Shown piece after piece: positions 1-11,914 of a stretch of DNA of 64,000 nt. Within the stretch, counting starts at the first letter, position 1; the number at the start of each line of letters is the position of its first letter. The DNA comes from the human T2T-CHM13v2.0 reference genome, Homo sapiens. The notes under the pieces were generated by a model. It ran no database searches, was not told the origin of the DNA, and was given only the letters and a program-made list of their open reading frames with translations. Both the position numbers and the translations under genes were made by a program. Where the stretch lies: assembly GCF_009914755.1 (NCBI RefSeq), contig NC_060940.1, one strand, 5' to 3'.

Positions 1-360
1 GATATGGTTTGGCTCTCTGTCCCCACCCAGATCTCACCTTGAATGGTAATAATCTCCATGTATCCTGGGGGGGACCTGGTGAGATGTAATTGAATCATGG
101 GGGCAAGTTTTTCCTGTGCTGTTCTCTTGATAGTGAATAAGTCTCACAAGATCAGGTGATTTTATAATGGGGAGTTCCCCTGCAGAAATTCCCTCTTGCC
201 TGCCACCATGTAGGGCATGGCTTTGCTCCTCCTTGCCTTCTGCCATGATTGTGAGGCCTCCCCAGCCATGTGGAACTGTGAGTGAATTAAACCTCTTTCC
301 TTTATAAATTATGCAGTCTTGGGTATGTCTTTATTAGCAGCATGAGAACAGACTAATACA
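1..360 (+). mobile_element. THE1B-type MaLR solo LTR (window starts 1 nt inside the LTR)
   Basis: GATATGGTTTGGCT... through ...ATTAAACCTCTTTCCTTTATAAATT...GACTAATACA, colinear with the THE1B consensus as recalled. Confidence 0.93.
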
Positions 361-531
361 GTCAGTTAAATCTATAATTAAATTGCCTGTAATTTTGTCT
401 TTTGATAATAAGCTGGCGGCTCTCCTCCACTAGCCATTCTCCCCTCTTCCACAGAAAATTTTAGCTTAGACCAAGGGGATGATGGGGGAAAGTGAAACAC
501 CAATTAAAATGCCTCTTTATATCCGATTTAA

Positions 532-901
<370 letters not shown>

Positions 902-1399
902 TGTTGTAAAGCACTTCTTATCCGAGGAACCCGCGCATTCGTTGATGGGACTTACTCAAAAGGAACAGCATTGCAAGGAGGAAATTCAACTGAAAGGATT
1001 TTGATAACTCTCAGGATTGCATATATATTTGTAAGACGTTGTCTTCATAGGTCAGGGGAGGGGTCTTCCAGCCCCAAAGAATCTCCCTTACAGATCATTA
1101 ATGAAGCCACAAGTCCTACTTTTAGGTTTCATTGGCCTTTGTCAAATAGAATTGCTCTGGAAAGCATGGGCATATACGTATTCAAATGTTAGTTTGCATT
1201 AACTCAACATCTGCCTCTTGTAAATTCATTGTTTGGTTTTACCAGATATTAACATCTAGATGTGAATGAGATCATCAGATTATTTACAACCTGAAAGACC
1301 CTCATCAATCAGAGAGTACTTGGTTACATAGTTTGTTGTTGCAATAAGAATACCCTATGTTTATGAGTGACATATGCCAATTACTACATCAAACACATG

Positions 1400-1580
1400 G
1401 ATTAGCTCATTTATTCCACCCAAACACCCTGTAAAATAGGTTTTATTGTCCCCATTTATAGGAGGAAGTGAACCCAGAGAAGTGAATGGCTTGTGCCCAG
1501 TCACACCAAGATTGGGAGCCAGGATTCAAACCAGGACAGTCTGACTCCAGTGTCCCCTATCTTAGAACCCATACTGTGCT
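1400..1580 (-). mobile_element. MIR
   Basis: CCCATTTATAGG...AGAGAAGTGAA...GGATTCAAACCAGGACAGTCTGACTCCAG, the reverse MIR core. Confidence 0.7.
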
Positions 1581-1701
1581 TTTCCTATTTATCCTCTCAG
1601 TTAACTCATACAACCAATGCTGCAAAGGATGACTTCTCTCATATATATTTTTTGTAAACTATAAAAGCTGATGCCGAACGAGTGAAGTGATTTACCTAAG
1701 G

Positions 1702-1880
1702 CTGTGGTTTTCAGACACATCTGCACAGTAGAATTATCCTGAGCATTAAAGCAAATCCTTGCCTAGGCCTATCCTTCACTAAGAGATTCTGATTTACTTG
1801 CTCTAGGTAGAGCTCAGTCACTGATATATATATTTAAAGTAGTCAAGTAGTCCCATGTAGTCAGAGTTGAGAACCACTGG
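1702..1880. mobile_element. MER5-family hAT-Charlie MITE, inserted in a MIR
   Basis: Termini CTGTGGTTTTCAG ... GTTGAGAACCACTG; internal AGAGATTCTGATT motif. Confidence 0.7.
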
Positions 1881-2204
1881 ACTAAGCTTGCTGAACAAAC
1901 ATGAGATTTTTGACTCAAAATTCTTTAGTCAAAATCCTTGGGCACCATCCAGAGGAGAGGGTTTCAAAGTCCCAATGAAGTTTGTTGGGTTGCCCTATGG
2001 TAGTTTCAGATACTTAGCACATATCTCTTGATAGCATGGCCTGGGAATTTCCCTCTATTGTCACCTGACGCCATAGTCCCCTTGGCCCTCAGAATCCTAT
2101 TCATAGGGACATACTTGTAGTAACTGCCAAGAGGACATCATCCCTCTGGTCTCCAGGCTGATAGTCCACCCATGGTTTGTAAAATACATTCTTCTGCCAT
2201 TTGA

Positions 2205-2370
2205 CAGATGGTTCCTGCCCATCCATTAAGTTTTAACTTAAACGTCAGCTCTTATAGGAAGGCTCCCTTGACTTTCCAACCTGAATTTGCCCCCTGTCCC
2301 CACCCTACCTAACCTTAAGCTTGTGCAAATTTCTACACTTCTTGCTATCATAGTGCTTATTATACTAGAC
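2205..2370 (+). mobile_element. L2 3'-region fragment
   Basis: AAACGTCAGCTCTTATAGGAAGGCTCCCTTGACT...CATAGTGCTTATTATACT resembles the L2 3' end. Confidence 0.5.
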
Positions 2371-2420
2371 TTCAGTGATTCTCAAAGTTATCCTACATTT
2401 GTTTATACCTCTCTAAGAAG

Positions 2421-2603
2421 TAGGACTGCCAGGTTCAGCAAATAAAAATAGAGGATACCCAGTTAACTTTGAACTGCAAGTAAACAACAATTTTCTTTTA
2501 GTAAAAGTTTGTTCCAAGTATTGCATGGGACATACTAAGCCTTTAAATTTTTTTGTTATCTATACAAAATTCAAATTTAACAGTATTTTGCCGGGAAACC
2601 CTA
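2421..2603. mobile_element. MER53 palindromic MITE
   Basis: TAGGACTGCCAGGTTCAGCAAATAAAAATA...TTGCATGGGACATAC...GGAAACCCTA; internal inverted symmetry. Confidence 0.88.
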
Positions 2604-2845
2604 TAAGGAAGGTTTTCAGAATGTGGGAGAAAGTTCTTTTGAAAGCTCTTAATGTTCTCCCAACCTTAAGACTGCAGTAAGCTTATCCTGAAAGGATAAG
2701 ACCTCATAGAACCCTGCTACTCAAAGGGTGAGCCATGAGCCACCTGATCATAACTATTCAGAAAACTGTGAAAGCAAAGATTCTTGTAATCCATTTAGGC
2801 TTAATCAATCAGATCCTCAGAATCTCAGGCAGGAGAGTCAGACAG

Positions 2846-3354
2846 TGTACTGGTTAATTTTATATGTTGACTCGACTGGGCTAAGGGACACCCCCAGATA
2901 GCTGATAAAACATTATTTCTAGGTGTGTCTGTGTGAGTGACTCTGGAAGACATTGGCATTTGAATCACTAGACTGAAAAAAGAAGATATTCGTACCAATG
3001 TGAGTGGGTACCATCCAATAATCTGCTGAGGGGTAGAATAGAACAAAAAGGTGGAGGAAGGGCGAATTTACTGTCTCCACTTGAGCTGGGACATCCATCT
3101 TCTCCTGTCCTCAGACATTGGCACTTCTTGCTCTTGGAATTTTGGACTCAGGCCAGGACGAACACCATTGGCCCTACCTTCCACTCCCAGGCCTTCAGAC
3201 TGAGATTAAGTCACACCACCTGCTTTCCTGGTTTGCTAGCTTGCAGATGACAGATCATGAAACTTCTTTGCCAATTCCTATAATAAGCCTCCTTTTATAT
3301 CTTTCTCTATATGTCCTGTTGATTATGCTTCTCTAGATAACCCTGTCTAATACA
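2846..3354 (+). mobile_element. MLT2B-type ERVL solo LTR
   Basis: TG...CA termini (TGTACTGGTTAATTTTA ... CTAATACA); perfect 5-bp TSD GACAG at 2841-2845 and 3355-3359. Confidence 0.92.
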
Positions 3355-3386
3355 GACAGTCATCTGCATTTAGAACTAGCAACCCA

Positions 3387-3890
3387 TGCAACAAGATGGG
3401 TGGAACTGGAGGTCATGATGTTAAGTGAAATACTCCAGGCACAGAAAGACCACCATCGCATGTTCTCACTTATTTGTGGAATCTAAAAATCAAAATGATT
3501 GAACTCATTGACATAGAGAGTAGAAGGATGGTTACCAGAGGCTGGGAAGGGTGGGGTGTGGGGTATTGGGGGAGAGGTGTGGAAGGTTAATGGGTATTTA
3601 AAAAAAAGTAGTTAGAAAGAATGAATATGACCTAATATTTGATAGCACAACAGGGTGGCTATAGTCAATAATAACTCAATTCTACACTTTAAAATAATGA
3701 AAAGAATGTAATTGGATTGTTTGTAACACAAAAGATAAATGCTTGAGGGGATAGAGACCCCCATGCTCCAAGTGGTGATTATGATGCATTGCATGCCTGT
3801 ATCAAACATCTAATGTAACCCATAAATATATACACCTGCTATGTACCCTCACAAATTAAAAATAAAAACAAAATAATAAAAAAATAGAGT
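3387..3890 (+). mobile_element. L1MA1/2-type LINE-1, 5'-truncated 3' end
   Basis: L1MA 3' UTR plus A-rich tail; 15-bp TSD AGAACTAG(C/T)AACCCA at 3372-3386 and 3891-3905. Confidence 0.92.
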
Positions 3891-4064
3891 AGAACTAGTA
3901 ACCCAGACAACTGTAAGGAACGAGGAAGTTTGAGAATCTATGGCAAAGAAAATCACTTTGGTATGGAACTGTTGGGCTTAATTCTCAACTGTGTGGAGGC
4001 AGAAAATATCAAGACTTATTTCAATGTCACCTCTGTTTATTTTATCCCCCTTTAAACTGAGAGC

Positions 4065-4165
4065 TTCTAAAGATCATGTTTATATTGTTCAGGGCTCTAT
4101 TCCTACTTACTAGCATAGTGATCAGTATATCATAGTGCTCAGTAGACATTTGCTGAATGGACACA
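4065..4165 (+). mobile_element. L2 3' terminus
   Basis: CTAGCATAGTG...CATAGTGCTCAGTAGACATTTGCTGAATG. Confidence 0.65.
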
Positions 4166-4444
4166 AAGAAAAAAACATGAAAGAATGCAAGTTGAATTGG
4201 CATGAGAATTATTTTAGCAAACAAGATTATTTCAACAAATAAGATTTATTTTGCATTTACTATGTGCCAGACACTGTTCGGGAATGAGAATACTGTTGTG
4301 AGCAAGACAGGCAAGTACCTACTCATATTAAATCTATGTTTTATTGGAAAAATATAGGCAATAAAAGAAGTTTATTCCTAAAAGTAATAGGCCTAATAAA
4401 GAAAACAAAATGGAGAATTGGTGTAAAAGGCAGATGGGTCACTT

Positions 4445-4919
4445 CTCTAACATCTACTTTCATATTTTGGTGTTTGAATATCCAACCACCAGGTGCATAA
4501 ACTCTGATTAGGAACCAACTGTGGTAATCCCTTATTCCTTGGCAGTGGTTGCTTTAGAGGTGGGCAGGTAATCCAGCTCTGGCCATTGAAAGGTGGGGCA
4601 AAGTGTGTTGCTAAAGCCGGGCCTATCTGCAAAAAGTTCCTTTGCTCTTTGCATACAATGCACATAGATGCAATGGCCTTTTCTTCTCGTGGACTTTATT
4701 GTGCTTGCATATGATACCCAGAGTCTCACATCATTTGTGGCCATTAACTGGGACGGCAAGACAATGTCACATAACTAGGTTCCTGATAACATCACTGAAA
4801 AGCTGAATTTACCAACTGTGGATCCATCTACCTACACTACATGACATGGTACATCTTCTTTATTTTCGAAACTGGTTTGAGTTGTCTCTGCTTGTATCAA
4901 AAGCACCCTAAATAATGCA
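4445..4919 (+). mobile_element. Old MLT1 (H/J-like) LTR
   Basis: GGTGGGCAGGTAATCCAGCTCTGGCCATTGA and 3' end AAAAGCACCCTAAATAATGCA. Confidence 0.55.
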
Positions 4920-5021
4920 ATGAAATAGAGGAAGTTGGGTTGGCAGTGAGTGGAGGTGTCCAAAGATGAACTCTCTGATGTCGTGATATTTGAGTTGGAT
5001 ACTTAAAAATGGGAAAGACAC

Positions 5022-5319
<298 letters not shown>

Positions 5320-5529
5320 GTAAAGACTCAATCCTCTCTGAATACCTGAGAGCAATGAACTCAGGCAAACAGGACACCAAGTGCAAACATCCTATATTGG
5401 TAATAAACATGATGTGTTCAAGGACTCGAAAGAAGGCCAGCTTAGGTGAGGAATGGACCAGGCTGTGTGGATCCAACAGTGGCACCATTTAAGACCCCAG
5501 AGATAAAGACAGAGACCAGATGAAGCAGA

Positions 5530-6640
5530 TGTGGTAGGCTCATTAGCGTCTCCCTTCCAAAGATGGCCACATCCTAATTCCAAGAACCTCATGAGTATGT
5601 TACCTTACCTGGTAAAAAGGGTTTTGCCTATCTGATTACCTTTAGAAACTGGAGGTGGTAAGACCATCTTGGATTATCCCATGAACCCAATAAAGTCATA
5701 AGGGTCTCTGTAAAGTTCCTTGTAAGAGATGGGAGGGTCAAATAGGAAGACAGAAGACAAAGTGATGAGAGAGCAGAGGGAGAAAAGGCTATGTGATGCG
5801 AGGCCAGGAGCCAAGGAATGAGGATGTTGAAAAAAGGCAAAGAAACAAGTTGTCCTCTACAGCAGCAGTCCCCAACCTTTTTGGCACCAGGGACCAGTTT
5901 CATGGAAGACAATTTTTCCATGAACCCAGAGTGGAGGGTGGTTTTGGATGATTCAAGTTCATTACATTTATTGTGTACTTTATTTCTATTATTACATTGT
6001 AATATATAATGAAATAATTATACAACTCACCATCATGTAGAATCAGGGTGACCCTGAGCTTGTTTTTCTGCAACTAGACGGCCCCAATAATAGATCAGCA
6101 GGCACTGGATTCTCATAAGGAGCATACAACCTAGTTCCCTTGCACGCACAGTTCACAATAGAGTTCGCAATCCTGTGATAATTGAATGCCGCTGCTGATC
6201 TGATACGAGACAGAGCTCAGGCGGTAATATGAGCGATGGGGAGCAGCTGTACACACAGATGAAGCTTCACTCCCTCACCCACTGCTCTCCTCCTGCTGTG
6301 CAGCTCAGTTCCTAACAGGCCACAGCTGGGGCTTGGGGATCCCTGCTGTAAAGGTCCTTGTAAGAGGTGGGAGAGTCAGATAGGGAGAAAGAAGGCAATG
6401 TGATAAAGCTGAGGGAAAAAAGACTATGTAATGTGGGTCTGTTGAGGCTGTTTGGAAAAGGCTAAGAAACAAGTTGTCCTCTAGAGCTTCCAAAAGGAAT
6501 GAGTCCTGCCAATGCAATAACCTTGGGTCAGTAAATCTGATTTTACACTTCTGATCTTCAGAACAGCAGGGTAGTACATTTGTATTGTTTTAAGTTGCTA
6601 AGTTTGTGGATGGCAAGAGCAGCCACAGGAAACTAATACA
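5530..6640 (+). mobile_element. MLT1D LTR interrupted by MER1A, with an internal ~150-bp duplication
   Basis: TGTGGTAGGC...CCAAAGATGGCCACATCCTAAT... ending GGAAACTAATACA. Confidence 0.85.
5863..6345. mobile_element. MER1A hAT-Charlie non-autonomous transposon
   Basis: Termini CAGCAGTCCCCAACC ... GCTTGGGGATCCCTG; internal TTTGGCACCAGGGACCAGTTTCATGGAAGACAATTTTTCCA. Confidence 0.92.
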
Positions 6641-6909
6641 ATGAGCATTGCACGCCATGGTAAGAAGTGTAATCAAATGAAGGGTTTTATGCAAGGGGGT
6701 AACATAACAGGTATGAAGATATAACTGCAGCAGAGGAAGAGTATAACCAGACACGATTGAAGTTGTCAAGAAGAGAGGGGATTGTGGATGTGAAGGCAAA
6801 AGGGAAGGTGTGACTAACCGTTGGATGGTTACCAAACCATCCAATATCCATATCAACCCATTGGATAGTTACCAAACCTTTCAATATCCAATATCCGATA
6901 TCCACCAAA

Positions 6910-7155
6910 TAGGATGACTAACCATTTCCATTTACTGAGGATCAAAGGGAGGAGTTTCTATTGTAAAATGGAGATAGTCCTTGCAAACCACCGTGGCTTA
7001 TCTGGGACTGAGGAGGGTCCTGAGATGTGGGACTTTCATTGCTATTAGGTTGGTGCAAAGGTATTAAAAGTAATGGCAAAAACCTCAATTACCTTTGCAC
7101 CAACATAATAATACCGAGAAAGTCTCAGGCAACCCTGGACAAGCTGATCATCCTA
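6910..7155. mobile_element. MER81-like hAT-Blackjack MITE (possibly two tandem copies) containing MADE1
   Basis: TAGGATGACTAACC...GGGACTGAGG...GGGACTTTCATTGCTA...AAAGTCTCAGGCAACCCTGGACAAGCTGATCATCCTA. Confidence 0.65.
7045..7108. mobile_element. MADE1 mariner MITE, internally deleted
   Basis: TIRs TTAGGTTGGTGCAAAGGTA / TACCTTTGCACCAACATAA; TA TSD at 7043-7044 and 7109-7110. Confidence 0.9.
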
Positions 7156-7176
7156 GTGAGAAGTGACTTTGAGTTA

Positions 7177-7608
7177 CAGTTTACTCTTAAACAACGTGGA
7201 GGTTAGGGGTAACCCCCTCACTCCATGTAGGTTGAAAATCTATGTATCACTTTGACTCCACAAAAACTGAACTGCTAATAGCCTGCCATTGACCTGAAAC
7301 CTCAGTAATAAACAATTGGTTAAAACACATTTTGCATGGTGTATGTATTATATACTGTCTTCTTACAGTAAAGTAACATAGAGAAAAGAAAACGTTATTA
7401 AGAAAATCACAAGAAAAAATGTATTTACTATTCAAGAAGTGAATGTGGATCATCAGAAAGGCTTCATCCCTCTTGTCTTCATGTTGAGTATTCTGAGGAG
7501 GAAGAGAAGGAGCAGGAAATGGAGGGATTGTTCTTGTGTTCTCAGGGGTGGTAGAGGTGGATGAAAATCCTAGTATAAGTGCATCTGCATAGTTCAAAGG
7601 GTCAAGTG
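7177..7608 (+). mobile_element. Tigger2a
   Basis: TA + CAGTTTACTCTTAAACAACGTGG ... TTCAAAGGGTCAAGTG; ~430 bp colinear with Tigger2a. Confidence 0.9.
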
Positions 7609-8543
7609 TGTATCTATAGGAGATAGAGCCAACAGAATTTGCTGATTTGTTTGTGGTAAGAGGTGGGAGATCTAATTGACACCTAGATTTTGGCCAGAAA
7701 TGGAATGAAAGGTAATTCCATTTAAAAAACTGAAGGAGACTGAATTAAAAGCACATTAGCAGGAAGCTAAAGCAGTCGATTGGACCCCATCTTTGGAAGC
7801 TCCCCTAGGAGAAGGGAAGGATAGTAAAGAAAATAATTTGGTGCCACAAAAATCAAAGTATTCTACCTTAGCATTTTGTTAAGCACCGGCCTTGAAGTTA
7901 TTCAGTCCAGAGGCTACTTTTTCTTCATTTGAAATAATTGTGACAACAGCTTCATCCTTACAAATTGAGTTTGTCTTCTAAGGTGTTTGCTAGAGCTTTA
8001 CAAGAGGCTTAATCAGTTTCACATGAATTAATGATGGCTATCAAATCGGGGGGTTGGGAGAGGAGAATGAATTCCAAATAAATACTTATTGCATAATTGA
8101 AGTTGCAAGAATCCACTATGAATAAAATATATTTGTATTTACAATGCATAAATCTGATGGTGACACTGTGGGGCGACACACAGCTTTTTGATAAGAACCT
8201 TGAACAGTGTTAAATTAGTAATAGGCTGAATACATTTCTTAATTATGTCACGAGCGCTGAGCTCAGAAACACCATTTGCAATAAATTGAGTCCCATTTGT
8301 ATGCATGCAGTACAAGGAGAAAGTGCTGTATTTTGAAAATCCTAATGTACTCATGGGAACACAGGTTAATGTCATCTACTGCTTTAAATTAGTCCTTTGT
8401 TTCAGAGCTTGCAATTGCATTAAGACTTATCATGTACTCTTTTCATCAAGGTAATAATTACTATAGATTTACATATCCTGCCACAAGCAGAAACATGGGT
8501 CCTTCAGGGCTGTACAGAATGGGAAGTAGTTATATGAAAGAAG

Positions 8544-8690
8544 TGTGTATATATATATGTATATGAATATATATACATATATACACATACATATGTATAT
8601 ACACACATACCTATATACATATATGTGTGTATATATACGCACATGCATATATACATATATGTGAGTATATATATATACACACATATATAT
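8544..8690. repeat. Compound (TA)n/(CA)n/(TG)n microsatellite
   Basis: Direct reading. Confidence 0.9.
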
Positions 8691-8770
8691 GTTCCTTTTT
8701 AAAATAGTACTTTTTTCTTATTGAAATGATTGTAAAATAGGTAAAGATAAACTTACAACCATAAAAACCA

Positions 8771-9626
8771 TGTAGCCAGTTGAATAGTGACATACACACA
8801 AAATATCCAAGTCCTTGTTTCTGGACCTTTGAATTTGACTTTTTTTGGAGATGGGATCTTCGAAGATACGATTAAGTTAAGGATCTCAAGGATTGGGCCC
8901 TACATTCAATGACATATATTCTTATAAAGAAAGGTTTGAAGCCAGGCGTGGGGGCTCACACCTATAATCCCAGCACTGTGGGGGGCCAAGGTGGGAGGAT
9001 CTCTTGAGCCCAGGAGTTTGAGACTAGCCTAGTCCATATAGTGAGAACCCCGCCTTAAAAAAAAATAGCTGAGTGTGGCGCCTCGTGCCTGTAGTCCCAG
9101 CTACTTGGGAAGCCGAGGTGGGAGGATCACTTGAGCCTAGAAAGTCAAGTCAAGGCTGCAGTGAGCTATGATTGCATCACTGCACTCCAGCCTGTGAGAC
9201 AGAGCCAGACCTTCTCTCAAGAAAAATCCACAAAAAACAAACAAACAAAAAAAAAACAAAAATAAATAAAAAGAGAAGAAAAAGAAAGTTTGACAGTTTG
9301 AGACACAGAGTATAGACTAATGCTTAGGCTCATAGATCCTGCAGAAGCACTATCTTACAGGATACAGATTTTGGACAGACACAAAGGGAAGAAGGTGATA
9401 TCAAGACTGAGGGAGAGATTGCAAATGTATTGACAAGCCAAAGGACACCACGCATTGCCAGCAGCTACCAGAAACTAGGAATAAAACACATTCTCCCCCA
9501 GAACCTCCAAAAAGGATCAACCTTAATTTCTTTCTTCTGGCCTCCAGATTTGTGAGATAAATTTCTCTTGTTTTAAGCCACACAGTTTGTGGTTATTTTT
9601 TATGGGAGTCTTAGGAAGCCGATACA
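8771..9626 (+). mobile_element. MLT1C LTR interrupted by AluJ
   Basis: TGTAGCCAGTTGAATAGTG...CAAGCCAAAGGACACCA...GCCTCCAGATTTGTGAGATAAATTTC...GATACA. Confidence 0.8.
8940..9280 (+). mobile_element. AluJ (Jo/Jr)
   Basis: GGAGGATCTCTTGAGCCCAGGAG and GGCTGCAGTGAGCTATGATT J diagnostics; TSD AAAGAAAG(G)TTTGA. Confidence 0.9.
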
Positions 9627-9689
9627 ATCAATATTTCTGTCAAACAGAGAGAAAATCATCATTGCCCTCTGCATGTAAGAGAGAGGTGA

Positions 9690-9826
9690 TATATGAGTTA
9701 GGTGCTATCAAGAGCCCTACTTAATTGAGAAGAAAACTAAGGGACAGAGAAATTAAACAATTTGTCAGAGTGAAATAGGTAATAAATGATCACACTGGCA
9801 TTTGGACCCAGGCATGCAAGTTCTAG
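9690..9826 (-). mobile_element. MIR fragment
   Basis: AGAAAACTAAGGGACAGAGAAATTAAACAATTTG...TTTGGACCCAGGC. Confidence 0.6.
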
Positions 9827-9828
9827 GG

Positions 9829-10040
9829 CTGTGTTTTTCAACTAGTAGTCACTAGTCACATGTAGCTATTTAAATTATTTAAATTAGTCAAGATTAAATA
9901 CAGTGAAAAGTTCAATTCCTCAGTCCCAATAGCAACATTTCAAGGTCCCACAGTCCACCTGCAACTCTTGGTTACTGTCTTGGTCAGCGATGATTACAGA
10001 ATATTTCCACCATTGCTGAAAGTCCTTCTGAACAATGCTT
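9829..10040 (-). mobile_element. MER3
   Basis: GTAGTCACTAGTCACATGTAGCTATTTAAATT...AATATTTCCACCATTGCTGAAAGT. Confidence 0.8.
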
Positions 10041-10595
10041 CAATTTAGTCTGTGAAAACTTACCCCTATAATACCTGAGCAATATTTATGAAGTGTTTCA
10101 CTCAGTGACTGTCATAAGTTAATCTGTATATATCATCATTGTATCTTTCTACATTATAAGATCTGTGTGTACCATAGTTATTACATCTTTCTAGTTTTGT
10201 GTTGTGTGTGTATGTGTCTGAGTGTCTATACTCTCCTATGCATGTGTGTTTATGGGAGGTGGGGTAATTATATTCACAAATCTATGTTTTTTGTGGTTGA
10301 TAACATACTGTGCATACATGGAATTCCATTTTCTGTCTTCCACACAATAAATAATATATTGTAAGACCTTCTGGTGGACATTTCAATTCTTTGAAACAGT
10401 CTCCCCAACTTGTCCCTGGAACTGTACCGCTTTCCAGACACTGTGAAATTCCTTTCTTAGAGGTGACAGTAGCTGGCTATCAGAAAGGCTAGAATCCCAA
10501 ATTAGGGGAACGTGACATGGTAGTCAATCTGACAAAGAAATAGGGTTTTCAAACATATTGTGAAGATGCATGATAATAAATCATCAGGATTCTCC

Positions 10596-10897
10596 GTGTA
10601 ATAATTGACTTGCTGTGTAGTAATTGATTCCCCGAGTAATAACTGACTTTGTATAATAAATGATTCTGTGTAATATATGACATTCTATAACAACTGAATT
10701 TCAGCATAATAATTAATTCTGTGCAATTGCTGACTATCAGTGTAATCATGGACTCAGTAATAATTGACTATATGATAACTGATTCCCTGTGTGATAATTG
10801 ACTCCCTGTGTGATAGTTGATCCTGTGCAATAATTGACTCTGTATAATAATTAACTCTCTGAACAATAACTGACTCTCTGTGTAATACTGGACTCTG
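10596..10897. repeat. Degenerate minisatellite, ~17 units of mostly 17-19 bp, consensus GTGTAATAATTGACTC(CC)T
   Basis: Units parsed by eye. Confidence 0.88.
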
Positions 10898-10944
10898 CTC
10901 ATCAGCACAAACATGCAAATGCTTGGATTAGAGGAGATTACAGC

Positions 10945-11428
10945 AATAGGGCACTTCTGGTTGCAAGTGGGAGAAAACCAGTTCAAATCAACTTAGGATA
11001 GTGACAGGAGGAGGAAATCATTAGCTCAACCACCTGGGACACCCAGAGGTGAATTGGCCATAAGCCCACATGAATCCAAGTGTTCACATGAGGTCTTTGG
11101 GATTGTGCACCTCTTTCCCTCTCTGGGCTCTTGACTTTATTCCCAGATGGGTCCATCCTCTGTGCGGTGGGAAATGACCCTAGCAACTCGGGCTTCTGTG
11201 ACACTTAGAGTACCTATCTGGTCCCAGGAAATTCAATAGAGCAATGCTTTGCTTCCAGGATCCATGTCAGTTCCCCAAAGGAACGCTGGCTAGCTTGGTT
11301 TATGTGCCCACAACTGAGATGGTAGAGGCAGACACCTTGATTGACGGCTACATCATTATCACAGGGGGTGGGTGTACTTCACAAAATGAACGGATGCAGA
11401 GCAGAACAAACAAGTAACAGATGTCTAC
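10945..11428 (-). mobile_element. Old MLT1 (K/L-like) LTR
   Basis: CTTCTGGTTGCAAGTGGGAGAAAACCAGTTCAAA ... AACAGATGTCTACT. Confidence 0.65.
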
Positions 11429-11914
11429 TCTTGTTCACAACCTGTGAGCTACAGTCTCCCGAGGGGTGAGCATGAGCTACACGAATTTGTCCCAGCAAGT
11501 TCTTCAATCCTTGGGTGAACCAGGCACCATCTTTAGAACAGAGATATGATTAATATCTGTTAATATGTTCACTTTTCCAATAAGCATAAAGAAAACAATG
11601 CAGTCATTTAAAACATCAAACTTACAGCAATATTTTGTCTTTATGTATTTTCTCAGTCAATGGCTACTAAATATGTAGCTACTACCTGTAGCATACTATA
11701 ATATGTATTTCTTCTAAAAAGCTTCTCATAAAATACCTACAAAGCATTGAAGTATGTAATGTTTTACTACCAACTGGGGCCTTTCACTCCATGAGATTTT
11801 TTTCAATGAAAGTTTTACAATGTAGGTGAAAATTTTGAATTATTACCCAAAATTTAGTTGCCCTGAAACTAGGAAAATGAATCTCAAAGAAAATCCCAAC
11901 TGTGTTTATGCCCC

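Noticed and set aside
2421-2603. miR-1302-type miRNA gene from MER53
   Set aside because: The arms are diverged and do not match the mature miR-1302 sequence as I recall it.
10596-10897. CRISPR-like array
   Set aside because: Contiguous degenerate units without unique spacers, no cas genes, and a primate genomic context.
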